Of a stretch of DNA of 64,000 nt, positions 15,914-26,552 are shown one piece after another; the stretch's first letter is position 1; the number at the start of each line of letters is the position of its first letter. The DNA comes from an uncultured Acidobacteriota bacterium (lineage in GTDB: Bacteria > Acidobacteriota > Vicinamibacteria > Vicinamibacterales > CAVVIG01). Position numbers and translations under genes: made by a program. The notes beneath the pieces are model-generated. The model had not been told where the DNA came from, did no database searches, and was given only the letters and a program-made list of their open reading frames with translations. Location: assembly GCA_963750035.1 (NCBI GenBank), contig CAVVPE010000019.1:61088-125087 (forward strand), in the 5' to 3' direction.

Positions 15914-16874
15914 CCGCTCGGTCCGGCCTGGCCGAGCGCGTGCTCGCCGGCGAGCCGCGCGCCATCGCGCGCGCCATTTCGCTCGTCGAAGACGACGACG
16001 GCGCGGCGCGCCGACCTGATCCGGGCGATCTTCAGCCGCACCGGACGGGCGTATCTCGTCGGGGTCACCGGTCCGCCCGGCGCGGGCAAGAGCACGCTCG
16101 TCGATCGGCTCACCGCGGCGTATCGCGATCAGCGATTGACGGTTGGCGTGATCGCCGTCGACCCGACGAGCCCGTTCACCGGCGGCGCCGTGCTCGGCGA
16201 TCGGCTGCGGATGCAGTCGCACGCCGCTCGACGAGGACGTCTTCATCCGCAGCATGGCGACGCGCGGTCATCTCGGCGGGCTGTCGCGCGCGACCGGCGA
16301 CGCCGCGCTGGTGCTCGATGCCGCCGGCAAGGACGTCGTGATCATCGAGACCGTCGGCGTCGGGCAGGACGAGGTGGAGATCGTCCGCACCGCCGACGTC
16401 TCGATCGTGACGCTGGTGCCGGGAGCGGGCGACGAGGTCCAGGCGCTCAAGGCCGGCATCATGGAGATCGCCGACATCTTCGTCGTCAACAAGGCCGACC
16501 GCGAAGGCGCCGATCGGCTGGTGGCGGCCGTCGAGGCCAACCTGGCCTGCAGGCGTACGCTCCCGGGGAGTGGCGTCCGCCGATCGTCAAGACGGTCGCG
16601 ACGAGCGGCAACGGGGTGGCCGAGCTCGTCGCGGCGATCTGGACGTTCCGCGGGACCGGCGAAGTGCCCGGCCAGGCCGAGGCGCGCCGGCGTGCGCGCG
16701 CCGAGCATCAGCTGCGCGAGCTGGTCACGCGCGGATTCATGGACCAGCTGGAGCGAACGTGCTGGCGCCAGGCGAGCTGACGGCGGTGGCGGCCAGGATC
16801 GCGGCACGCGAGCTCGATCCGTACACCGCCGCAGCGGGCTTCTGCGCGGCGAGCTCTGGGCTCCAGCGCCGTGA
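15910..16874 (+). CDS. meaB: Methylmalonyl-CoA mutase-associated GTPase MeaB; 3' end approximate
   Basis: [12 protein letters not shown]; [20 protein letters not shown]; [13 protein letters not shown]; [10 protein letters not shown]; VVNKAD. Confidence 0.9.
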
Positions 16875-16887
16875 CGCGCGCCAGGAG

Positions 16888-16971
16888 CACGAGCGCCGAC
16901 GCCATCGGCTCGACGAGAGTGCATCGCGAGCATCAGCGTCAGTCGGCTGCGTGCCCCAGCGCCAGTAAAAA
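16888..16971 (+). repeat. Degenerate copy of a ~100-bp dispersed element, abutting the mce start codon
   Basis: cacgagcgcc...gcatcagcgt...ccccagcgccagtaaaaaATG, matching 27427-27529. Confidence 0.6.
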
Positions 16972-17394
16972 ATGAAAGCCGTCCTCGATCACATCGGCAT
17001 CGCCGTGCGGGATCTCGACGCGGCGCTGGCGTTCTATCGCGATGCGCTCGGCCTCGAGGTCGAAGCGTCCGAAGAGGTCGCCTCGCAGCGCGTGCGCGCG
17101 CATTTCGTTCCGGTCGGCGCAGCCAGCCTCGAGCTGCTGGAAGCGACGGCGCCGACTCGACGATCGCGAGATACGTCGACAAGCGCGGCCCCGGCCTGCA
17201 CCACATCACCTGCGCGTCGAGGACATCGCGGCGGCGCTGGCGCAGCTGAAGGCCCGCGGGGCGCGGCTGATCGACGAGCAGCCGCGGCCGGGCGCGGAGG
17301 GCGCGCTCGTCGCGTTCATCCACCCGTCGAGCGCTCACGGCGTGCTGGTCGAACTGAAGCAGTCTCACGCACGTCTGACAATCTTCAAGTCTGA
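16972..17394 (+). CDS. mce: Methylmalonyl-CoA epimerase (VOC fold); frameshifted
   Basis: [18 protein letters not shown]; LELLE; GPGLHHI; [16 protein letters not shown]; adjacent to meaB. Confidence 0.9.
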   Translation: MKAVLDHIGIAVRDLDAALAFYRDALGLEVEASEEVASQRVRAHFVPVGAASLELLEATAPTRRSRDTSTSAAPACTTSPARRGHRGGAGAAEGPRGAADRRAAAAGRGGRARRVHPPVERSRRAGRTEAVSRTSDNLQV

Positions 17395-17417
17395 AATCTG
17401 ACATTTCGCGTCACACC

Positions 17418-18246
17418 GTGGGCGATCTCGAGCTCGTCTCGCTGTGCGACGGGTTCTTCCGCCTCGACGGCGGGGCGATGTTCGGCGTCGTGCCGAAGGC
17501 CCTGTGGGGCGAACGGTACCCGGCCGACGACCGGAATCGCATCGAGCTCGCGATCCGGCCGCTGCTCGTGCGCGGCAGGCGCACGATGCTCATCGACGCG
17601 GGCTCGGCGACAAGGACGGACGAGGCCTTCCGCGAGCATCTACGCCGTGGATCGGCGGCGGAACCTGGATCACGCGCTCGCCGAAGCCGGCGTGGCTCCG
17701 GAGGACATCGACATCGTGCTGGCGACGCACCTGCACTTCGATCACGCGGGCGGGTTCACGGTCCGCGATCGCGGATGGCCGGCTGCGTCCCCGATTTCCG
17801 CGGGCGCGGTACGTCGTGCGCCGCGGCGAGTGGGAAGACGCGACGCATCCCAATGCCCGGAACCGCGGCAACTATCTGCCCGACGATTTCCTGCCGCTGA
17901 TGCGGCGGGCGTGCTGGAACTGGTGGACGACGATCAGACGATCATGCCGGGCGTGAGGGTGCAGCGCACGGGCGGCCACACGATGCATCACCAGATGGTG
18001 CTGATCGAGTCGAACGGGCAGCGTGCGGCGTTTGCCGGCCGACTTGATGCCGACGGCCGCGCATCTGTCGCTGGCGTGGATTGCGGCGGTCGACCTGTAT
18101 CCCGATGGAGACGCTGGCCGCCAAGCAGGCGTTCGTGGCGGAGGCGGCAGCCCAGAAGACGCTCGTCTTCTTCGATCACGATCCTCGGATTCAGGCCGGC
18201 GTACATCGTCGAACAGAACGGCCGGCGATCCCTTCAACCCCTATGA
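17418..18246 (+). CDS. MBL-fold metallo-hydrolase (YtnP-like); start approximate
   Basis: DGFFRLDGGAMFGVVPK; THLHFDHAGG; TGGHTMHHQ; FFDHDP. Confidence 0.88.
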
Positions 18247-19119
18247 GCACACCGTCAGCAACCATCGGCATCATCGGCGGCAGCGGCCTGTACGACATGG
18301 CGGAGCTGACCGACCGCGAAGAGAAGCGGCTCACGACACCGTTCGGCGATCCGTCGGGCGCCGTATGTCCTCGGCACGCTGCGCGGACGGCGCGTCGCGT
18401 TTCTCGCGCGCCACGGCGCCGGCCACCGCATCCTTCCCTCGGAGCTGAACTTCCGCGCGAACATCTACGGCTTCAAGGTGCTCGGCGTCGAGCGCATCCT
18501 CTCGGCGAGCGCCGTCGGCAGCCTGAAGGAGGAGTACCGGCCGCTCGACATCGTCGTGCCGGATCAGTTCTTCGATCGGACCAAAGGCCGCATCAGCACG
18601 TTCTTCGGCCGCGGCCTGGTCGCGCACGTGGCGTTTGCGCATCCGGTGTGCGGCGATCTCGCCGGCGGTCGCCGCCGATTCGGCCGAGGCGGTCGGGGCG
18701 ACGCGTCCATCGCGGCGGCACCTACGTCAACATGGAGGGGCCGCAGTTCTCGACGCTGGCCGAATCGAAGCTGTACCGGTCGTGGGGCATGGACGTGATC
18801 GGCATGACGAACCTCCAGGAGGCGAAGCTCGCGCGCGAGGCCGAGATCTGTTACGCGACGCTGGCGCTGGTCACCGACTACGACTGCTGGCATCCGGACC
18901 ACGACTCGGTCACGGTGGACCTGATCATCGCCAACCTGATGCAGAATGCCGCGACGGCGCAGAAGACGATCGCCGAAGCGGTGTCGCGCCTGCCGTCGGA
19001 CACGGACCTGCGCCTGCAAGGACGCGCTCGCGACCGCCATCATCACGCGGCCGGAGCACGTCCCCGAGCAGACGAAACGGGAACTCGCGCCGATTGTCGG
19101 AAAATACATGGGAAGCTGA
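18243..19119 (+). CDS. mtnP: S-methyl-5'-thioadenosine phosphorylase
   Basis: [10 protein letters not shown]; ARHGAGH; SAVGSL; [11 protein letters not shown]; VIGMT; VTDYDCW. Confidence 0.92.
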
Positions 19120-19163
19120 CGCTGCAGGGTGCTCAGTCTGAACTGCAGTCTGAAGGTGACAGA

Positions 19164-20129
19164 ATGCGTTTCGTCGTGACCGGTTCGATCGCCTACGACT
19201 ACCTGATGTCGTTTCCCGGGAAGTTCACCGAGCACTTCCTGCCGGAGCACTTCCATCGGGTGAGCCTCAGCTTCCTCGTCGATACGATGGACAAGCGGCG
19301 CGGCGGGTGCGCGCCGAACATCGCCTACACGCTCGCGCTGCTCGGCGAGCGTCCGCTGCTGATGGCGACGGCGGGCGAGGACTTCGGCGAGTACCGCACC
19401 TGGCTCGAGGCGGCCGGAGTCGACACCTCCGAGGTCAAGCAGGTGGCCGGGAAGTTCACCGCCTCGTTCTTCTGCTGGACCGATCAGGCGAACAACCAGA
19501 TCGCGTCCTTCTATACCGGCGCGATGGCCAACGCCGGCGAGCTGTCGTTCCGGACGCTCGATGCCTGCGACCTGGCGATCATCTCGCCGAACGATCCCGA
19601 AGCGATGGTGCAGTATGCGGAGGAGTGCCGCGCGCTCGGCATCCGCTACATCTTCGACCCCGGGCAGCAGTGCGCGCGCATGGACGGCGGCGAGCTGACC
19701 GACGGCGTCAAGGGCGCGGCGATCGTCATCTGCAACGACTACGAGTTCGAGCTCCTGCGCCAGAAAACCGGCTTTGGCGAAGCCGAGATCCTCGAGCACA
19801 GCGAAGCCCTGGTCGTCACGCGCGGCGAGCACGGATCCTGGGTCTACACGCGACGCGGCCGTGCCGAAGTGCCGGCGGTTGCGCCGCGGCGGATCGTCGA
19901 TCCCACGGGCGTCGGCGACGCGTTTCGCGGAGGCCTGATGAAGGGCTTGGCGCTGCGCCTGCCGTACGGCGTGTGCGCGCGAATCGGCAGCGTCGCGGCG
20001 ACCTATGCGCTGGAGCACCTCGGCGGCCAGAGCCACGCGTACACGTGGGACGAGTTCACACAGCGGTTCGAGAGCCACTTTGGCCCGTTACCTGTCGGGA
20101 AGACCGAAGCCGCCGAACTGGAGAACTGA
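19164..20129 (+). CDS. PfkB-family kinase, probable adenosine kinase
   Basis: VVTGSIAYDYLMSFPGKF; GGCAPNIAY; FDPGQQ; DPTGVGDAFRGG. Confidence 0.88.
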   Translation: MRFVVTGSIAYDYLMSFPGKFTEHFLPEHFHRVSLSFLVDTMDKRRGGCAPNIAYTLALLGERPLLMATAGEDFGEYRTWLEAAGVDTSEVKQVAGKFTASFFCWTDQANNQIASFYTGAMANAGELSFRTLDACDLAIISPNDPEAMVQYAEECRALGIRYIFDPGQQCARMDGGELTDGVKGAAIVICNDYEFELLRQKTGFGEAEILEHSEALVVTRGEHGSWVYTRRGRAEVPAVAPRRIVDPTGVGDAFRGGLMKGLALRLPYGVCARIGSVAATYALEHLGGQSHAYTWDEFTQRFESHFGPLPVGKTEAAELEN

Positions 20130-20144
20130 CGGACGGGAGGAGTC

Positions 20145-22364
20145 ATGAGACGCGCGGTCGCGGCGTTGATCGTTGCCACTGGCGCGGTGTCGATGCCGCT
20201 GGCCGCGCAGAACTCGCCGCAGGCGTGGGACGCGACGTTCCGCGGGCTGACGAGCGCCGCCAACATTGGCGAGTACATGCGCCGGTTGAGCGCGCGGCCG
20301 CATCACGTGGGTTCTCCGTACGGCAAGGACAACGCCGAATGGATGGCGGCGCGATTCAAGGAGTGGGGCTGGGACGCGCGCATCGAAACCTATGAGGTGC
20401 TGTTCCCGACACCGAAGGAACGCGTCGTCGAGATGGTTGCACCGACGACGTTCAAGGCGGCGCTTCGCGAGCCTGCCCTCGCGGTCGATCCCACCTCCGG
20501 GCAGACGGCGGAGCAGCTGCCGGGCTACAACGCGTACTCGATCGACGGTGACGTCACCGGCCCCCTCGTCTACGTCAACTACGGCCGGCCGGCAGACTAC
20601 GAGGAACTGGAACGCCAGGGCATCTCGGTCAAAGGCGCGATCGTCATCGCGCGGTACGGTGCGTCATGGCGCGGCATCAAGCCGAAAGTCGCGGCCGAGC
20701 ACGGCGCGGCGGGCTGCCTGATCTACTCGGATCCGGCCGACGACGGCTACGTGGTGGACGACGTGTTCCCGCAGGGTCCGATGCGGAACCGCGACGGCGT
20801 TCAGCGCGGCAGCGTGTTCGACATGCCGACGCATCCTGGCGACCCGTTGACGCCCTTCACCGCCTCGGTGCCGGGCGCCAAGCGGCTCGCCGTCAGCGCC
20901 GCGCCCACGCTCACCAGGATTCCGGTCCTGCCGATTTCCTACGGCGACGCACAGCCGCTGCTCGCGGCGCTCGGCGGCCCCGTTGTGCCAGCCGCGTGGC
21001 GCGGCGGCCTGCCGATGACGTATCACTACGGCCCGGGGCCCGCGCGGGTCCACCTGAAGCTCGCGTTCAACTGGGATATCAAGCCGATCTACAACGTGGT
21101 CGCGCGGCTCACCGGCTCGACGTTTCCTGACGAGTGGATCGTGCGCGGCAACCATCACGACGCATGGGTCAACGGCGCCCAGGATCCTGTCAGCGGCATG
21201 GCGCCGGAGCTCGAGGAGGCGCGTGCGCTCGGCGAGCTGGTCCGGCGCGGCTGGCGGCCCCGGCGCACCATTGTCTACACGGCGTGGGACGGCGAGGAGC
21301 CCGGGCTGCTCGGATCGACCGAGTGGGTCGAGCACCATGCCCAGGAACTGCGGCAGAAGGCGGTCGTGTACATCAACACGGACGGCAACGGCCGTGGATC
21401 GCTGAGCGCCGGCGGGTCGCATCCGCTCGAGACGTTCATCAACGGCGTGGCGCGCGACGTGGAGGATCCGGATGCCGGCGTCAGCGTCTGGAAACGGTGG
21501 CAATCGACCATCGTGGCGAACGGCACGACCGAAGAGCGGAACGCCGCGCGAACGCGGGCCGACCTTCGCATCGCTGCGCTCGGATCAGGATCGGATTACT
21601 CGCCGTTTCTCCAGCATCTGGGCACGGCGACGCTCAATCTCGGTTTCGGCGGGCTCGACGAGGACGGCATTTACCATTCGATCTACGACGACTTCTATCA
21701 CTTCACCAAGTTCCTGGACACCGACTTCCGCTACGGCCGCGCTCTCGCGCAGACCGTGGGGACCGCCGTGATCCGTCTTGCCGACGCGGATCTCCTGCCG
21801 TTCGAGTTCACGAATCTCGCCGACACCGTGCAGGTCTACGTCAAGGACGTGCAGCAGCTCCTGACGACGGCGCAGGACACGGTCAGGGAACGCAACCGGC
21901 AGATCGAGGATGGGGTGTTCGCGGCACTTGCCGATCCGCGGCGTCCGATCAAGGCGCCGCAGGTCGAGCCCGTGCCGCCGGCGATAAACTTCGCGCCGCT
22001 CGAGAACGCGTCTGCCGCGCTCACGCGCGCGGCGGAGCGCTACAAGAAGGCGGCCGCCGCGGCGCGGCCGCGCCTGGCCTCGCATCCCGACGTCCTGCGG
22101 TCGGTCAACGAGCGCTTGATTCAGAGCGAACGACAGCTGACCGACGAAGGCGGCCTGCCGCGGCGCCCGTGGTACCGCCACCTGCTCTACGCGCCCGGCT
22201 TCTACACCGGCTACGCCGTCAAGACGCTGCCGGGAGTTCGCGAGGCGATTGAGCAGAAGCACTACGACGAAGCTGAGGCCGAGGTCGTTCGCATTGCGCG
22301 TGCGCTGGGTCGCGAGACGGCATTGATTGAAGCCGCCGCGGCCGATCTCGAACGGCTACGCTAA
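20145..22364 (+). CDS. Exported M28 glutamate carboxypeptidase II-like peptidase (PA + TfR dimerisation domains)
   Basis: Intact 739 aa; signal peptide; GNHHDAW, GAQDPVSG, WDGEEPGLLGS, GSGSDY, YHSIYD. Confidence 0.92.
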   Translation: MRRAVAALIVATGAVSMPLAAQNSPQAWDATFRGLTSAANIGEYMRRLSARPHHVGSPYGKDNAEWMAARFKEWGWDARIETYEVLFPTPKERVVEMVAPTTFKAALREPALAVDPTSGQTAEQLPGYNAYSIDGDVTGPLVYVNYGRPADYEELERQGISVKGAIVIARYGASWRGIKPKVAAEHGAAGCLIYSDPADDGYVVDDVFPQGPMRNRDGVQRGSVFDMPTHPGDPLTPFTASVPGAKRLAVSAAPTLTRIPVLPISYGDAQPLLAALGGPVVPAAWRGGLPMTYHYGPGPARVHLKLAFNWDIKPIYNVVARLTGSTFPDEWIVRGNHHDAWVNGAQDPVSGMAPELEEARALGELVRRGWRPRRTIVYTAWDGEEPGLLGSTEWVEHHAQELRQKAVVYINTDGNGRGSLSAGGSHPLETFINGVARDVEDPDAGVSVWKRWQSTIVANGTTEERNAARTRADLRIAALGSGSDYSPFLQHLGTATLNLGFGGLDEDGIYHSIYDDFYHFTKFLDTDFRYGRALAQTVGTAVIRLADADLLPFEFTNLADTVQVYVKDVQQLLTTAQDTVRERNRQIEDGVFAALADPRRPIKAPQVEPVPPAINFAPLENASAALTRAAERYKKAAAAARPRLASHPDVLRSVNERLIQSERQLTDEGGLPRRPWYRHLLYAPGFYTGYAVKTLPGVREAIEQKHYDEAEAEVVRIARALGRETALIEAAAADLERLR

Positions 22365-22457
22365 GTGGAGTTGGAGAGTTGATGGAGTTAGAGAGTTGAG
22401 TGAGATCCGTAACTGAGTCACCAACGTCGACCAATCTCTCCAACTCTCCAACTCTCT
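22365..22457. repeat. Mirrored octamer arrays (GAGTTGGA)n / (TCCAACTC)n between convergent genes
   Basis: ggagttggagagttgatggagttagagagttgag ... ctctccaactctccaactctc. Confidence 0.8.
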
Positions 22458-24793
22458 AAGTCGAACTCAGGAGGGCGCCGAGCCCGACCAGGTAGGTCGC
22501 TGACGCCGCGAGGAATGTCGCGCTGAATCCCCAGTTCATGGCGATGAAAATCGCCAGCGTGGCGCCGACGACGGAGAGGGCACCGTTCATCCCCCAGGCC
22601 CAGGTCAGCATCTGAGGCGACCGCGAGGCCAGCAGCCGGATGCCGGCCGGCATCGGAATGCCCAAGACCATCCCGATCGGCACGAGGGTCGCGACGGCCA
22701 GGAGGATGCGCCCGGTCCGCGAGAACGGGATCGCCCAGGCGATGAACGGCGCGACGACGGCGATCGCCAGGAGCCCGATCACGACGATCGCGACCAGCGC
22801 GACGGCCGTGTTGCGGCGCAGCGATTCGGGCGCGAAGCGCCGGCTGAGCGCGGCGCCAATGCCGGTGCCCAGGAGCAGCGAAAAGAGCGTCACCGTCAAC
22901 GAGTACACCGGGTGACCAAGCAGCAGGACGAACCGCTGCAGCACGGCCACTTCAATCAGCATGAATCCGGCTCCCAGCGAGCCGAAGTAGACCAGCCACG
23001 ACAGCCAGCCGGCCGGGCGGTCGCCGCCCGCGACGATGAGCGGACCCACGACGAACCCGGCGACCAGCGCAGCTGAGATACCCATGAGCGTCAGCAGCGC
23101 GCTGAGGCCGTTTCCGAACAGCATCGCCCGCCCGAACGCCACGGCGAGCTGGTCCTCGAGCTTCGTCGTGTGAAAGAAGAACGGTCGGTCATCCGTCGTC
23201 GGCCTGATGTCCTGCTCGTAATTGTCGTAAAAGCGCTCGCGATCCGGGGCGACGATGAGGTTGGCGTAAGCAGCGGTTTCCGTGCCCTCGACCCACTCGC
23301 CAGGAGGCGGTGCGATGGGGCCCTCGTTGCCAGGCGCATAGAGAATGCGGAACTGCAGGCGGTCGGCGAGCGTACGGAGCTGAGAGAGCTCCTCGGACGT
23401 GAACGGCGACTTCTTGAGGAGGAACGTCGCCACGCGGTCGTGCTGAATGATCGCCAGGCGTGAGGCGGCATCCCAGCCGCGCCGCGCGCAGGCCTCCTGC
23501 GCGAGGGACACGAGCCGGAGGCCATCGAACACCCATCGGGTAATCGTCAGGATGCCGTTGTCGTTCAGGTGATCGAGATAATCGGTGAACGCTTCGACGG
23601 TGTACAGCGTGTTCTCCGTCAGCGTGTAGGCGCCAGCCGCCGTGGCAGCCCAGGTGTCGACGAGCGATGCCTGGATGACGTCGTACTCGTCGGACGAGCG
23701 CCGGACGAAGCTCCTGCCATCGTCGACCGCGACGCGGACGTGCGGGTGATCGTAGATGCCGCCCGAGAAATCCCGGAAGGCGCCGCGCATGACGTCGTTG
23801 GCAATGATGGGATTGATTTCGACGCCGTCGACGCGTGCAGCCCCGAAGACCAGCGCCGAGGCGAGGTCGCGGCCACCCCCGGGCCCGATCACCAGCGCCG
23901 TGAACCCCGAAGGTTTCAGGTGATAGGCGAGAGCCGTCAGCTCGTAGCGCAGGTAACCGGCATTGGAGAGATCGGGCGTGACGTGAGCAATCGGTGTCGA
24001 CGCGGCCGAGTCGATGTCCATGAACTTCGTATCGGGAAGCTCACCCGGAATAGGTGGGACTCAGCGACCAGTCGCCGTGGGCGCGTTCGTACACGCCGAT
24101 CCGGGAGAACGAATTCCACTTGCTGAACAGGATGCGGTCGCCCTGGTGTCCTTTCGTATCGGTGACGTCGAAGGTTCCGAGGCCGGAGAGCTGACTGGCC
24201 AGCGGTACCAGCACGACAGCAGCCGCCGCCAGCCCAATCGTGCTGCGGCGGGATGGTGGGGAGAACAGGACGGCGGCCAGCGCGGCAAGAGCGGTCGCCA
24301 CCAGCACGACGCCGGGCGCCCCGAGGACGTTCAGCAGGGGGATGAGGACGAGACACCCGAGCGCGGCGCCGGTCAGGTCGGCGGCATACACGACGTTGAT
24401 GCGCGCTGCCAGCCGGCTGATGGCGAGGGTGAGGACGAGGCCCCCGGTGAAGAACGGAATGGCCGCCAGCGCGTAGATCGCCAGCATCAGCGCGAGATTC
24501 GAGGGCGAGTAGTTGAGCCCGACGCGCAAACGGACGAGCGCGAACAGGGCGACGATGGTGCTCGCCGCGTAGACGAGCGCCTGGCGGGCGAGCAGCGCCT
24601 CGGTCTCGTGCCGCTCGAGCGCGCGCCGGCGCAGGTACGCGTAAACGCCGCTGGCGCTCAACCCGAACAGGGCAATCGAAATCGCCAGAAACGCGAAATG
24701 GTAGTACATGACGACCGAGAAGATGCGCGTCAGCGCGAGCTCGGTCATGAGGAGAGAAGCAGCAATGGCCGCGACGGCCGCCAGGGTACGCAC
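22456..24793 (-). CDS. Multi-pass membrane protein with central spermidine-synthase-like SAM-binding domain; one indel near 24030
   Basis: N- and C-terminal TM blocks; KWNSFSRI; LVIGPGGGRD; DGVEINP; DDGRS; YTLTENTLYTVEA; TDDRPFFF. Confidence 0.82.
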
Positions 24794-24809
24794 GGCACAA
24801 GTCTAGCCT

Positions 24810-24912
24810 TATCCGAGGGGCTTCGCCCCTCGGACTCCCCAACACGCTCCCTCTCGCGCGCCGCTTCGACGGCGCGCTCCTTTCGCGTGGCTCGCTCGCG
24901 CGCTCGCTCGCG
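24810..24912. repeat. Multi-hairpin intergenic REP/MITE-like element
   Basis: tccgaggggcttcgcccctcgga hairpin; gcgcgccgcttcgacggcgcgc hairpin; (gctc)n tail. Confidence 0.7.
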
Positions 24913-24959
24913 ACGACAGGCCAACCGGTTTGTAAGATAGCTTCTACTGCGTTGACAAC

Positions 24960-25493
24960 GTGCGGAGGTTCCACAAGGATGAGCGCCCACTCATCGTGAC
25001 CGGGCTGGTCGTTGCGGGGGCGGCGGTGGTCTGGGCGGCGATGCTGCCGGCGGCTGCCTACGCGGCCGCGCTGCCTGCCGATCGGTCGGCGGCGCAGGTG
25101 TTCGCGTTCGCCGTCTACGCGTTCGGCAGCGCGATCTGCCATCAGCGGGACGAGCGGTCGTTCCACCTCTTCGCTGAGCAGCTTCCCGTGTGCGCTCGCT
25201 GCACCGGACTCTATGCCGGCGCGGCGATCGCGGCCATTTCGTACGTCGGGCTCTTTCGCAGGCTCAAATCCGGCCCTGGCCCGAGCGGAGTCGAGGGCCC
25301 TCCCTCCAGGGCGGCTGGGACTGGCACCGCCCGCCTGCTGCTCGCGTCCGCCGCCGTGCCGATGGTGGCGTCGCTCGTCTACGAATGGACGACCGGCGAC
25401 GTGCCATCCAACATGGCTCGCGCGGGAACCGGCATCGTGTTCGGCGGTGCCGTGGCGTATGTCATTCTGGCTGCGGTCGATTCAACAAGGTAA
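24960..25493 (+). CDS. DUF2085-like membrane protein
   Basis: ICHQRDERSF...PVCARCTGLYAG motif between TM helices. Confidence 0.82.
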   Translation: MRRFHKDERPLIVTGLVVAGAAVVWAAMLPAAAYAAALPADRSAAQVFAFAVYAFGSAICHQRDERSFHLFAEQLPVCARCTGLYAGAAIAAISYVGLFRRLKSGPGPSGVEGPPSRAAGTGTARLLLASAAVPMVASLVYEWTTGDVPSNMARAGTGIVFGGAVAYVILAAVDSTR

Positions 25494-25504
25494 ACTACCG
25501 GTCC

Positions 25505-25897
25505 GTGCGTGACGGCGTCGCAGAAGACTTCCAGACGGGTGCGCTCGTGCTCCTGTGCGTCGCCGCGTGGGCCATCCCCGGCGCCGGGCATCTCTGGCTG
25601 GGCCGCCGCGCCAAGGGGCTGGTCTTCCTGGTCGCCATTCCGCTGATGTTCGCCATCGGGCTGGCCTTGTCGGGCCGGCTGTTTCCCTTCGACTTCAGCC
25701 AGCCGCTCGTGGTGCTGCAGGCCCTGGCCGACCTGGGAATCGGCGTGCCGTACTTCGTGGCCAACGCGATCGGGGCCGGGGCCGGCAACGTCCGCGCGGT
25801 GACCTACGAAGCCGGCAATGCCTACATCATCGTCGCCGGCCTGCTGAACCTGCTGGTCGTCATCGACGTGTACGACGTCGCGCTGGGCCGGAAGTGA
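25505..25897 (+). CDS. Small membrane protein (DUF6677-like)
   Basis: AWAIPGAGHLWLGRRAKG...YEAGNAYIIVAGLLNLLVVIDVYD. Confidence 0.75.
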   Translation: MRDGVAEDFQTGALVLLCVAAWAIPGAGHLWLGRRAKGLVFLVAIPLMFAIGLALSGRLFPFDFSQPLVVLQALADLGIGVPYFVANAIGAGAGNVRAVTYEAGNAYIIVAGLLNLLVVIDVYDVALGRK

Positions 25898-26070
25898 TGG
25901 CGAGCCATCTGCTCCTGCTCGCGGGGTTTGCGTTCTTCGTCTCGCTGGTGTTTGCCGTCCTCGCCAAGGACCATCCGCGCGATCAACTGAAATTCGGCGG
26001 GCTGCTCTTCGCCGGGTTCGTCGGGACGGCTATCGCGATCAGCTGGCTGATGTTTCCGTTTCCGTTCTGA
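25897..26070 (+). CDS. 57-aa two-TM hypothetical protein
   Basis: TGATG overlap; MASHLLLLAGFAFFVSLVFAVLAKD...WLMFPFPF*. Confidence 0.72.
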   Translation: MASHLLLLAGFAFFVSLVFAVLAKDHPRDQLKFGGLLFAGFVGTAIAISWLMFPFPF

Positions 26071-26114
26071 GGGAGGGTCAGACCTGACCCCTTCTTGTTT
26101 TGCGTGCGCGCGCG

Positions 26115-26504
26115 ATGGAGGAGGCCGTTCGCCGTCGGGTTCAACTCTGGGCGCCAGTGGCGATCTACATGGCGCTCATCTTCGGCATCTCCTCAATCTC
26201 CAGCCCGCCGGATCTGTCGACGTCGATTGGCGACAAGGGCGGACACGCGATCCTCTACTCCGGCCTTGCGGCGCTGTTGATCCGCGCGCTGGCCGGCGGC
26301 TGGTGGCGATCGTTCGGGGTCCGGATTGCGGCTGGGGCCATCACGCTTTCGACGCTTTACGGGGTGACCGACGAGATCCATCAGATGTTCGTCCCGCCTC
26401 GTACGGCTGAACTCGCCGATCTCGCCGCTGACGCGATCGGATCCGTCGTCGCCGTCGCGGTGCTGTACGCGGCGCAGGCCGTCCGGTCGCGTCTGGGCCG
26501 ATGA
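26115..26504 (+). CDS. VanZ-family membrane protein
   Basis: DKGGHAILYSGL; YGVTDEIHQMFVPPRTAELADLAADAIG. Confidence 0.85.
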   Translation: MEEAVRRRVQLWAPVAIYMALIFGISSISSPPDLSTSIGDKGGHAILYSGLAALLIRALAGGWWRSFGVRIAAGAITLSTLYGVTDEIHQMFVPPRTAELADLAADAIGSVVAVAVLYAAQAVRSRLGR

Positions 26505-26552
26505 TCTCGACCATTTTCAATTCCCAATTGTAAATTGTAGATTCTTACCGCC

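Noticed and set aside
18081-20129. 682-aa MBL/MtnP/PfkB fusion ORF
   Set aside because: It is stitched from out-of-frame pieces; mtnP has its own stop at 19119 and the kinase its own ATG at 19164.
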